From contig QZJK01000009.1 in the NCBI GenBank assembly GCA_003599295.1, forward strand, positions 1 to 55,898: a stretch of DNA of 55,898 bases, in the 5' to 3' direction. A program made the translations under genes and the position numbers. The notes beneath the pieces are model-generated. The model did not search any database. It saw only the letters and a list, made by a program, of their open reading frames with translations, and had not been told where the DNA came from. Shown piece after piece: positions 27,674-36,110 of the stretch. The stretch comes from Candidatus Parcubacteria bacterium. Lineage in GTDB: Bacteria; Patescibacteriota; Minisyncoccia; Phycocordibacterales; UBA2100. Within the stretch, counting starts at the first letter, position 1. Every line of letters begins with the position of its first letter.

Positions 27674-28665
27674 GAAAGACACGCGTCGGTATACTCGGGT
27701 GCGCGAATATCGCGGAAAAATACGCGATCGCGGCTTTTAGGTCGCTTCCCCAAGTCGAGCTCGTCGCGATTGGGAGCCGAAAGAAGGCTAAGGCAGAAGA
27801 GTGGGCGGCACGCCACCGCTTGGAGGCAGAAACCTACGATTCGCTCATCGCACGCAAGGATATTGACATCATGTATAGCCCGCTTCCTGTCGGATTACAG
27901 GAAGAATGGACGCTAAAAGCGGCCGCGGCAGGGAAGCATGTCGTCTGCGAGAAATCGATTACGTACAGCCTCCAATCGGCGGAGCGTATGGTGGACGCGT
28001 TCAAAAAAAACGGTCTCGCGCTCTATGAGAATTTTGTCCCGGAATTTCATCCGCAGCACGCACAGGTGCTTGCCCTCATTAACAAGCAAAAAATCGGCAT
28101 CCCGCATGTCTGGAACGGAGCATACGGATTCCCGCCGTTTCCGAAGGGTGACATTCGATTTCGAGCAGAACTAAGGGGCGGTGCCTTGAATGACTGCGGC
28201 TGCTACACGGTATTTATGGCACGAAAGATCATGCAGCAGGAACCAGTTGCCGTCACCTGCGCGCTTTCAAATGATGAAGCCGAAGTCGACGTCAAGGGCT
28301 CGGCGCTCCTTGAATTCGAGAATGGAGAGGCGCTGATGTCGTTCGGCTTCGACCATCTCTACCAGAACACCTATTCCGTCTGGGGCTCGAAGGGGATGGT
28401 ACGGACGAACCGCGCGTTCGCGGTGCCACCCTCGATGGCGCCGACAGTTGAACTCATTACGAACGATGGAAGGGAGGAGAAGTGCGATATGATTGATGTT
28501 CCCGCAGCCAATCAATTCGCATTGAGCTTTGATTTTTTCTGCAAAGCGGTCGCCACAAATGAACGAGGTCAATTCGAAGACATGTACGAACGCATCCTCC
28601 ACCAGGCCAGTGTTTTGGAGGCTATGCGCGTATCAGCGCGAGAGAGGAGACGCGTCGAGCTTTAG
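27670..28665 (+). CDS. Gfo/Idh/MocA-family oxidoreductase, candidate NDP-hexose 3-ketoreductase (TylC1/KijD10-like)
   Basis: RVGILGCANIAEKYA Rossmann N-terminus and an EK(S) active-site region VVCEKS. It lies immediately downstream of the 2,3-dehydratase and is translationally coupled to it. Confidence 0.7.
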   Translation: MRKTRVGILGCANIAEKYAIAAFRSLPQVELVAIGSRKKAKAEEWAARHRLEAETYDSLIARKDIDIMYSPLPVGLQEEWTLKAAAAGKHVVCEKSITYSLQSAERMVDAFKKNGLALYENFVPEFHPQHAQVLALINKQKIGIPHVWNGAYGFPPFPKGDIRFRAELRGGALNDCGCYTVFMARKIMQQEPVAVTCALSNDEAEVDVKGSALLEFENGEALMSFGFDHLYQNTYSVWGSKGMVRTNRAFAVPPSMAPTVELITNDGREEKCDMIDVPAANQFALSFDFFCKAVATNERGQFEDMYERILHQASVLEAMRVSARERRRVEL

Positions 28666-28964
28666 TCTCCAGACTTTCCTTCAAACCATGCGAGCACTTT
28701 TTCAAGCTCGTTCTCGACATCGACGCCGCGCTCCTCGGCGAAAATCAGGACGTCCGCAATAAGCGCGCCGATCCGGTGATTGGGATCCTGGTGCGCGTGG
28801 TCGTCGCTTTGCCGCGCTCCGCGCTCGACTTCGAGCGCCGCTTTCACGTCATCAAGCTGCTTTTGAATGGAAGTCACGCGCTCGGACTCGCCCCACCCGC
28901 TGTTTGGAAATTTGCGACCAGCCGCCGTTTTGAATGCCTTTTGCCACTCACTGACGCTTTTCAT
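28662..28964 (-). CDS. MazG-like nucleotide pyrophosphohydrolase (small all-alpha NTP-PPase)
   Basis: 100 aa. The motif ..IGALIADVLIFAEERGVDVENELEKVL.. resembles the MazG-family helix pair. The stop overlaps the convergent upstream gene by 4 nt. Confidence 0.5.
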   Translation of the reverse strand: MKSVSEWQKAFKTAAGRKFPNSGWGESERVTSIQKQLDDVKAALEVERGARQSDDHAHQDPNHRIGALIADVLIFAEERGVDVENELEKVLAWFEGKSGD

Positions 28965-29044
28965 AGCTGCAATTCAATCCAACCATACCACATCCAAGAT
29001 ATCCTTTATAGCGGACACAATGTTCCAGGTCCTTTGATTTTTGC

Positions 29045-29746
29045 TCAAGCTCTGAACTCTGCATCAGTTCTTACAAACACTACGTCGCATTGGTATAACT
29101 TGTTATTTCGATTCGCTCCTGCCAACATGTCGAAGACGGAGAAGCCGTGTTCACGCATGGCATATACCACGTCACCGAATTCGGCACCGCTATCGTACTT
29201 TCTTGCGATTGAAGTTTCGATAATGACAGCTTCGGCATGTCGTAACGTTTGCGCGGCTCCTTTGATAACTTCGAGCTCTGCGCCCTCAACGTCTATCTTT
29301 ATGATGTAAGGTTTCTCGAGATCTTTCTCAAGCACTAACCTGTCGAGTGTTTTAACAGGTACCTTCACTATTCCTGTCTGTCTATGAGGGGCGAGCAAGG
29401 TAAACGCAGAGGAGTATTCGGAATTCGCATGAGTGTTAAGCCTGATACTTCCTTCTCCCGCTCCGCAAAAGGCCATTTCGAAATCAGCATGCATCGTGCG
29501 TGCCAAAGATTCTACGACGTTCCGATTCGCGGGATCAGCCTCAACAAGTAAGTACCGATATTTATCGGAAGGAAATGCTCTGTAGAGTTCGGGGGTTCCG
29601 TTTGCGACGCCGATGTCTATGATGCTTCGAACATTCAAGTATTTCGCGAGTCTCTCAAGGCCGCCCTCGAGAGAACGCATCGGTGTGTCAATCCGCTGGA
29701 TTTTCAAATCAAAAATGGCCAGGAGCTTTTTTGTCAATTTTTTCAT
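29045..29746 (-). CDS. FkbM-family SAM-dependent methyltransferase
   Basis: IIDIGVANG and IIKIDVEGAELEVIKGA motifs. Visibly AT-richer than the flanks. Confidence 0.8.
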   Translation of the reverse strand: MKKLTKKLLAIFDLKIQRIDTPMRSLEGGLERLAKYLNVRSIIDIGVANGTPELYRAFPSDKYRYLLVEADPANRNVVESLARTMHADFEMAFCGAGEGSIRLNTHANSEYSSAFTLLAPHRQTGIVKVPVKTLDRLVLEKDLEKPYIIKIDVEGAELEVIKGAAQTLRHAEAVIIETSIARKYDSGAEFGDVVYAMREHGFSVFDMLAGANRNNKLYQCDVVFVRTDAEFRA

Positions 29747-29753
29747 ATTAAAA

Positions 29754-29837
29754 TCAAGTAGATATATGAATCATGTCACAATTCTCACGATTCGCAGCTG
29801 TTTTGAATGCCTTTTGCCATTCGCGCAGGCTTTTCAT
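29754..29837 (-). pseudogene. duplicated 5-prime remnant of the MazG-like gene (27 codons then stop)
   Basis: It translates to MKSLREWQKAFKTAANR..., against MKSVSEWQKAFKTAAGR... at 28964 downward. DNA 29794-29837 aligns with 28921-28964, including a perfect 19-mer TTTTGAATGCCTTTTGCCA. Confidence 0.65.
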
Positions 29838-29910
29838 CGCCACATAGTATGCACGCGCGCGCGGTAGTTGTCATCATCAGGATGATGTGATTAATTGTGC
29901 AGACAGTACG

Positions 29911-30960
29911 ATGAAAATACTTCTCCTGGTGAGCAATGCGGATACGAAGGCGGGAAGCGGACGGAACGTTGCGACCATCTCCGCCGTTCTGCGTGATGCC
30001 GGGCATGAGGTGACGGTTCTTGCCTACACAAAAGGATTCTGGCGATTTGTCAGGGAGGTGCGCAAACGCGCAAAGACGAATGATATCGTTCAGGCGATTG
30101 ATATCAATCCGGTCGGACTGCCTGGATATCTCGCAACGCGCTTCACCAAAGCAAAATTCATCATCATCGCGCAAGCGGCATACGCAATTGCGCCGCTCTA
30201 CAGTCGCAAGGCGGCGCTCTTGTCACGCATCGTGTATCGTGGCGCGGATGCGGTTGTTGCGGGGAGTTCGTTCGTCGCGCAGGAAATACAAAAGAAAGTG
30301 CCGGGTTTGGAAGTATCGGTAATCGATCCCGGCATCGATATGTCAAAATTTTCGGATGTGGCAAACACGGGCAAGCACACGGCACGGACAGACCCCTACA
30401 TCATCGGAGTGGGTGCGGTGAAAGCGCGAAAGGGGTATGACGTCTCATTGCGCGCATTTGCGCTCCTGAAGGCCGATTTTCCGCGCTTGCGGTACGTCAT
30501 CGTCGGGTCGCAAACCGATGAGCCGCTATATTTCTCCATGCTCACGGAGCTTGCGCGCGAACTCGGCGTCGGGCGTGACGTTGACTTCCTCGCCAACGTT
30601 CCAGACGCTGGATTGAACGAGCTGTATGACCGCGCATCCGTCTTCGTCCTTACTTCGGTAAATCTCGGCTTTCATTTCGAGGGCTTCGGAATGGTCTTTT
30701 TGGAGGCGGCCGCGCACGGCCTCCCGAGCGTTGGCACGCTCGGCAACGGCATCGCGGATGCGGTGGAGGATGGAACGACGGGCATCCTCGTCCCGCAACA
30801 TGATCCCGAAGCGACAGCGCGGGCCATCAGGACTATCCTTACGGACACGGCGAAAGCAGAACGCATGAGTATCCGCGCACGAGCGTTTGCCCGCGAACAC
30901 GATCTCCCGCACCTTACGCGCTGTTATGAGGGCCTCTATCGTGATATCTTCACCTCCTGA
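29911..30960 (+). CDS. glycosyltransferase, GT4 family
   Basis: MKILLLVSNADTKAGSGRN N-terminus and a FEGFGMVFLEAAAHGLPSV (E-x7-E) motif. Confidence 0.85.
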   Translation: MKILLLVSNADTKAGSGRNVATISAVLRDAGHEVTVLAYTKGFWRFVREVRKRAKTNDIVQAIDINPVGLPGYLATRFTKAKFIIIAQAAYAIAPLYSRKAALLSRIVYRGADAVVAGSSFVAQEIQKKVPGLEVSVIDPGIDMSKFSDVANTGKHTARTDPYIIGVGAVKARKGYDVSLRAFALLKADFPRLRYVIVGSQTDEPLYFSMLTELARELGVGRDVDFLANVPDAGLNELYDRASVFVLTSVNLGFHFEGFGMVFLEAAAHGLPSVGTLGNGIADAVEDGTTGILVPQHDPEATARAIRTILTDTAKAERMSIRARAFAREHDLPHLTRCYEGLYRDIFTS

Positions 30961-30963
30961 AAT

Positions 30964-31611
30964 ATGTACATCTATCAAATAGAACGAACACTCATCCACG
31001 CGCAAGTTAAACGGTTCGCGAAGCATATCTCGGGCGATGTTTTGGACGTAGGCGGGGGCGAGCGCAACCGGTACAAAGATCTCTTTATCTACAAGACGTT
31101 CACCTGTCTGGATATTTCTGCGGGGCCAGAGGTCGACATCGTAGCGTCGGCCGACGCGATTCCCTTGCCGGATGGGAGTAAAGACGCCGTCGTCTCTACA
31201 CAGATGCTCGAGCACGTCAAATACCCGGAGCGGTGTGTACAGGAAATGTATCGCGTGCTGAAAAAAGGCGGGCACGCGCTCGTCACGGCTCCCCAATGGA
31301 ACGAGCTCCATTCCGAGCCGCACGACTACTGGCGGTACACGAAGTACGGATTTATCGAGCTGTTCGAACGCAACGGATTCCGCGTCGTCGAGTACGAGCA
31401 GCGTGGTGGATTTTTCTCCAATGCCGCGCAGATGACCTTGCGGTATTTTCTGGACCGGCTCCATCTCCACAACCGTCCGGTACTCGGCAGGGTTTTCAGC
31501 CGCATATTTCAGGCTATGGGCGCGTTCGCCATTTTTCTTGACCGGCATGATACGAGCGAGGCGAACCGGAAGCACGCGATCGGCTGGTGCTTCTTGTTCC
31601 GGAAAGAATAA
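30964..31611 (+). CDS. class I SAM-dependent methyltransferase
   Basis: [10 protein letters not shown] motif I and LKKGGHALV post-II region (Methyltransf_11-like). Confidence 0.75.
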   Translation: MYIYQIERTLIHAQVKRFAKHISGDVLDVGGGERNRYKDLFIYKTFTCLDISAGPEVDIVASADAIPLPDGSKDAVVSTQMLEHVKYPERCVQEMYRVLKKGGHALVTAPQWNELHSEPHDYWRYTKYGFIELFERNGFRVVEYEQRGGFFSNAAQMTLRYFLDRLHLHNRPVLGRVFSRIFQAMGAFAIFLDRHDTSEANRKHAIGWCFLFRKE

Positions 31612-31645
31612 AACCCCGTTGCCCGCATCCCCGCAAGGGGATAGA

Positions 31646-32659
31646 ATGAGCTTCACTATGAAGAAAGCCTTCATTACGGGTATTACCGGGCAGGATGGCT
31701 CATATCTCGCCGACCTGCTACTCGAGAAGGGGTATGAGGTGCACGGACTCGTGCGCCGCACGAGCCGCTATATCATCGGCTCTCACGAGGGTTCACTTGC
31801 CACGGAACAGGCGAAAACGGACAATCTCAAGTTGTACTACGGTGACCTGAGCGATTTCAGCTCCATCTCGCGCATCATCTCGCAGGTCAAGCCGGACGAG
31901 GTCTACAATCTCGCGGCGATGAGCGACGTGCGAGTGAGCTTCGATATTCCCGAATACACGGGTGACATCTCGGGGCTCGGTGCCGCCCGCGTGATAGAAG
32001 CAGTGCGCCAAGGAGGCATCCCGGCGAAGATCTATCAGGCCTCGACTTCCGAGTTATACGGAAAGGTCCTCGAAACCCCGCAGAGCGAAACGACTCCCTT
32101 CAATCCGCAATCCCCCTATGCGGTGAGCAAATTGTATGCATACTGGATGGGCAAAAACTATCGCGAGAGTTATGGGATGTTCGTAGTCAATGGCATCCTT
32201 TTCAATCACGAGAGCCCGCGCCGTGGACCGAATTTCGTGACGCGCAAGATCACGCGCGGCGTCGCGGACATTGCGCTTGGTCGCCCGCGCAAGATCTACC
32301 TCGGCAATCTCGACGCGAAACGCGATTGGGGCTATGCGCCGGAGTACGTCGATGCCATGTGGCGCATGCTCCAGGCAGACAAGCCGGACGACTATGTGCT
32401 CGCGACCGGCGAGACGCACACGATCCGCGAGTTCCTCGAAGAAGCGTTCTCGCTCATCGGCAAACACTGGGAAGACCATGTAGAAATAAAGAAGGAGCTC
32501 TTCAGACCGGCGGAGGTCGACCTCCTGATCGGTGACTCGTCGAAGGCAAAGCGCGATCTCGGATGGGAAGCGAAAGTGAAATTCAAGGAATTGGTGCGTA
32601 TCCTCTTCGAAGCGGACCTCGAAATGGCGAAAAACACGGCATTGAATAAAGACGCCTAA
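31646..32659 (+). CDS. gmd: GDP-mannose 4,6-dehydratase
   Basis: [52 protein letters not shown] and NHESPRRG motifs. The ORF-track N-terminal extension from 31538 overlaps the previous gene. Confidence 0.9.
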   Translation: MSFTMKKAFITGITGQDGSYLADLLLEKGYEVHGLVRRTSRYIIGSHEGSLATEQAKTDNLKLYYGDLSDFSSISRIISQVKPDEVYNLAAMSDVRVSFDIPEYTGDISGLGAARVIEAVRQGGIPAKIYQASTSELYGKVLETPQSETTPFNPQSPYAVSKLYAYWMGKNYRESYGMFVVNGILFNHESPRRGPNFVTRKITRGVADIALGRPRKIYLGNLDAKRDWGYAPEYVDAMWRMLQADKPDDYVLATGETHTIREFLEEAFSLIGKHWEDHVEIKKELFRPAEVDLLIGDSSKAKRDLGWEAKVKFKELVRILFEADLEMAKNTALNKDA

Positions 32660-32671
32660 AGGTTATCTTGT

Positions 32672-33919
32672 ATGAGGATAGCAGTCCTTCAGGACGACTT
32701 TCCTCCCTACCATGAGGGCGGGTCAGGTGTCGTCGCTCATCAGCTCTCGCATGAGTATGTCCGCAGGGGACACGGAGTGCTCGTTATTTCGTCAGTACAT
32801 TCTCCGGAACATGCCGGGATCTCGAATCTCGACGGAATGCAAATCGCGCGTTTGTATTCGGATTACCACGTACGCTGGCGTGCCTATCGCAGTCTCTATA
32901 ATCCGAGCGTCGTCGGGAAGATCGATGCACTTTTAAAGGGCTTTCAACCGGATGTGGTACATGTCCACAATGTCCATACCCACCTTTCCTACTACTCGCT
33001 CGTTCTCGCCCGAAGATATACGCGCAATGTCTACATGACTGCACATGATGTGATGTCGTTCCATTTTGACAAGCTGCTATCAGCGGATGAAGCCTCGGTG
33101 AATTTTTCCGAGGAGAACACGTACGTGGAATCTCACCTGCGCCAGATGCGAGTCCAGGGATTGCGATATAACCCTTTCCGTACAACACTCATCCGATACC
33201 TTCTCAATAGTAATGTCCGTCGCGTCATCGCTGTGTCCGAGGCGCTTAAGCGCGGAATGGTGAAAAACGGTATCAATAACGTCGATGTCGTGCATAACGG
33301 CATAGAGACCAGTGATTGGAAGGAGCCGTCTGGGACGGCGGCGTTCAAGCAATCGCGCGGTATTGGGGATGCAGCCATTCTTTTCGGAGGTCGTCTTTCA
33401 GCGGCAAAAGGCGCGTTTGCAATACTCGATGTGCTCCAGGCGATACGTGAGAAAGTACCGCACGCGCAGGTAGTGGTGATCGGTAAGAAGGATGCCTATG
33501 CCGAACCAATGATCGCGTACGCGCGAAAGCGGGGGATTGAAGAAGGATTGGTGTTTACGGGATGGATAACCGGGGACGACATCCGAGCTGCCTACTATGC
33601 GGTGACCGTCGTTGCGGTGCCGTCGCTCTATCTCGATCCATTTCCCACGATCAATCTCGAGGCATTTGCGTGTGGGAAACCTGTCGTTGCGACGTGTTTC
33701 GGCGGGTCCCGGGAGATCGTGGAGGACGGCGTCTCCGGCTTCATCGTGAATCCGCTCGATACGAGGATTATGGCGGAAAGAATCTCAATGCTCCTGCAGG
33801 ACAAAGACATGAACACAGCGTTCGGACAGGCGGGATACCGGCGCGTCACGAAGGATTTCTCACTCACAGTCCAAGCAGGAAAATACTTGCAAATATTCAC
33901 CGACAGTTCTGCGGCATAA
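32672..33919 (+). CDS. glycosyltransferase, GT4 family
   Basis: MRIAVLQDDFPPYHEGGSGVV N-terminus and a VPSLYLDPFPTINLEAFACGKPVVAT motif. Confidence 0.85.
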   Translation: MRIAVLQDDFPPYHEGGSGVVAHQLSHEYVRRGHGVLVISSVHSPEHAGISNLDGMQIARLYSDYHVRWRAYRSLYNPSVVGKIDALLKGFQPDVVHVHNVHTHLSYYSLVLARRYTRNVYMTAHDVMSFHFDKLLSADEASVNFSEENTYVESHLRQMRVQGLRYNPFRTTLIRYLLNSNVRRVIAVSEALKRGMVKNGINNVDVVHNGIETSDWKEPSGTAAFKQSRGIGDAAILFGGRLSAAKGAFAILDVLQAIREKVPHAQVVVIGKKDAYAEPMIAYARKRGIEEGLVFTGWITGDDIRAAYYAVTVVAVPSLYLDPFPTINLEAFACGKPVVATCFGGSREIVEDGVSGFIVNPLDTRIMAERISMLLQDKDMNTAFGQAGYRRVTKDFSLTVQAGKYLQIFTDSSAA

Positions 33920-33940
33920 CGCGCACGCACGTGTAGGGAA

Positions 33941-34396
33941 TTACTCCAAGACCGGCGGCTTGTAGTTCGGATCACCGTGATCACCCGTACCCATGCCTAG
34001 ATTTTCGTGCACGATCGGTGGATCGCAATCGTCCCATTTTTTCGTGAGGAACGTCACGAGGTTGCAGTCCGTGATGGCATAGAATACATGAGATACGCCC
34101 TGTGGAATAAAGAGGCAGTCGCCTTTACCGACGTATAAAAACTCATCTTTGCCGTCATCGGTTTTCGTCACCATGACCCCGTTCCCGTCCGTAATGAGAT
34201 AGTACTCATCGTATTCGGGGTGGTAGTGGTTACCGCGTATCTTGCCCTTATTCAAGAATTGAAAATTAAATTCGAGAATAGGCTTGTCCGGATAAAACGT
34301 GAATATACCACCGCGCCCGTCGCGAACGGTATCTAGATTTGATTGGGGCGCTATTTTTTTAATTTTCATGCGTATGTTCCGCGCACGCCATGTCAT
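33941..34396 (-). CDS. cupin-fold sugar-nucleotide epimerase/isomerase-like protein
   Basis: Cupin core RGNHYHPEYDEYYLITDGNG....GDCLFIPQGVSHVF. The start at 34396 forms an ATGA overlap with the flippase stop, and an alternative ATG lies at 34369. The specific activity is not determinable from sequence. Confidence 0.55.
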   Translation of the reverse strand: MTWRARNIRMKIKKIAPQSNLDTVRDGRGGIFTFYPDKPILEFNFQFLNKGKIRGNHYHPEYDEYYLITDGNGVMVTKTDDGKDEFLYVGKGDCLFIPQGVSHVFYAITDCNLVTFLTKKWDDCDPPIVHENLGMGTGDHGDPNYKPPVLE

Positions 34397-35664
34397 TTTA
34401 TCACTACCGCAATGATCGTGCCAATCATGTTAATCACATTCGAGATGATTGTGGCAAGAATGGCGCCCATAATCCCGAATATCGGTATGAGTACGATAAA
34501 CAGTATTAGCTGTGTCACTGATCGAACCGTGGTCAGCACATACTGTGCCTTTGTACGTTTTTGGGCGGTCAGCAGTGTGGCTGGCATTGTTTGCGCCCCG
34601 GTAATAAGGGAGAGCGCCAAGATTTGAGAGAAAAAGATACTTTCCGTATAAGACGGGAATAGCGTATGGAAGAGAAGGGGGGCGATCGCAATGTAGACAA
34701 GCGATACGATTGCAAGTAACGAAGTGTAGAGAAAAAACTTATACCAAAAATGCCGTGGAGGGCGGTGCGTCTCTATAGAAGCGTGCGCGGCAAACTTCGG
34801 GAGCATGATACTGCTCATGCCTTTCAGCGGTCCCTTGACCTGTTCAGGAATGGCAATAGCGAACGCATACACAGCGAGTTGCGCGGGGCCAAGGAATTTC
34901 CAGAGCAGTATTTTGTCGATGTTTCCTGATATCACTCCCAAAATCTGCATCGCCGTCAGATGTTTGCCGTAGGTGTGTGTTTCTTTTAATACGGCCACTC
35001 CCGCTTCGTCTTTGGGGATAGTACGCGCCATGTGGAGGTACAGAAATCCTCGAACCAAAGTGAGCGGTACGAAGTATGCAAGAAGAATAAGAATGATGTT
35101 GTGTGTGAGGAAAATGGTGCCGATGAGAATGCCGGTACTTACCGTTTGCGTGAGAAAGTAGTAAGCGGTTTGCAGGTCGAAACGGCGCTTACCGAGCAGG
35201 TAGGAAAGGTGGCCGGTTGCGGTATCAAAGACAGGAAGCGTGGCGGCGATAACGAGAAGCGCGAGCGAGAGTTCTAGATTCTCGTTTAAAAAGTAATAGC
35301 CGCTGCCGGCAAGCGCCACGATACTTCCAAGAAGAGAATGCATAACGCGCGAGCGCGTGACGGAATGGATAAGTCCCTCGTGTCCTTGTGCCACCGCACG
35401 AACAAGCGCAGTGTTCATTCCCGGAAGCGTGAAGATGGCGAACACCCCGGCAATAGAAAGAAGATATTTATAGGTGCCGTAGGTTTCGGGCGGGACGAGG
35501 TTTGCAAAGGCGACGGCAAGCGCGAGAGCGGACAGAGAGGAAACGGCCTGTCCGAGCGTAAGCCAAAAGCCACCGTGAGCGAGGTAGAGCATGTCAGTTT
35601 TTGTGTATTGTTCGCTCCAACGCAAAAAGCGGTAAAGTCGGCTACGGACACTCTCGTAATTCAT
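34393..35664 (-). CDS. Wzx-type oligosaccharide flippase (MOP superfamily polysaccharide biosynthesis protein)
   Basis: 423 aa with about 12 hydrophobic helices. Its position in a glycan locus and its N-terminal region are typical of flippases. Confidence 0.7.
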   Translation of the reverse strand: MNYESVRSRLYRFLRWSEQYTKTDMLYLAHGGFWLTLGQAVSSLSALALAVAFANLVPPETYGTYKYLLSIAGVFAIFTLPGMNTALVRAVAQGHEGLIHSVTRSRVMHSLLGSIVALAGSGYYFLNENLELSLALLVIAATLPVFDTATGHLSYLLGKRRFDLQTAYYFLTQTVSTGILIGTIFLTHNIILILLAYFVPLTLVRGFLYLHMARTIPKDEAGVAVLKETHTYGKHLTAMQILGVISGNIDKILLWKFLGPAQLAVYAFAIAIPEQVKGPLKGMSSIMLPKFAAHASIETHRPPRHFWYKFFLYTSLLAIVSLVYIAIAPLLFHTLFPSYTESIFFSQILALSLITGAQTMPATLLTAQKRTKAQYVLTTVRSVTQLILFIVLIPIFGIMGAILATIISNVINMIGTIIAVVIK

Positions 35665-36110
35665 GGTGTCATCCTATACCCCATGAGATAAAAACTCCAT
35701 TCATCACTCAACGCTCACTTGTTGCAAATATTAAACTCTGCCCGTACATATCTGCGTTTTCTATCTCACGGGTATAGGCACATCACGAACGGAACAGGCT
35801 GTCTAATGGAAATAATCGGCGGACTGTCAAGTGTTTTCAGAGTAACACACATTGTATTCGCTGCCACGAATCGCAAGACATCCAAAACGACAGATCAAAA
35901 AAATCTTGGGCAGACGCTAAGAAGAAAGGCCCCTTGAATGGACCGACGAGGTAGTACAGATAAATCATGGCATCGCCATCGTCCGAGGAACTCGTGCTCG
36001 CAACACGAGTTATACCCAGGTTATTCACAAATTCCCCTGAAATCACGGTTTCCTGGAGAAAATGGAGAGGAGTACTATGCACGTTATTAATCACCTCACA
36101 AAATTTACGT

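Noticed and set aside
30526-31761. Long antisense ORFs: 411 aa here, plus 9283-10572 minus (429 aa), 8709-9461 minus, 7011-7736 minus, 48780-49634 minus and 42986-43681 minus.
   Set aside because: Each lies opposite plus-strand genes with strong family motifs (GT4, methyltransferase, gmd, secA and others). Their translations are Arg/Ser/Ala-rich and lack recognisable motifs. This is typical shadow-ORF behaviour in GC-rich coding DNA.
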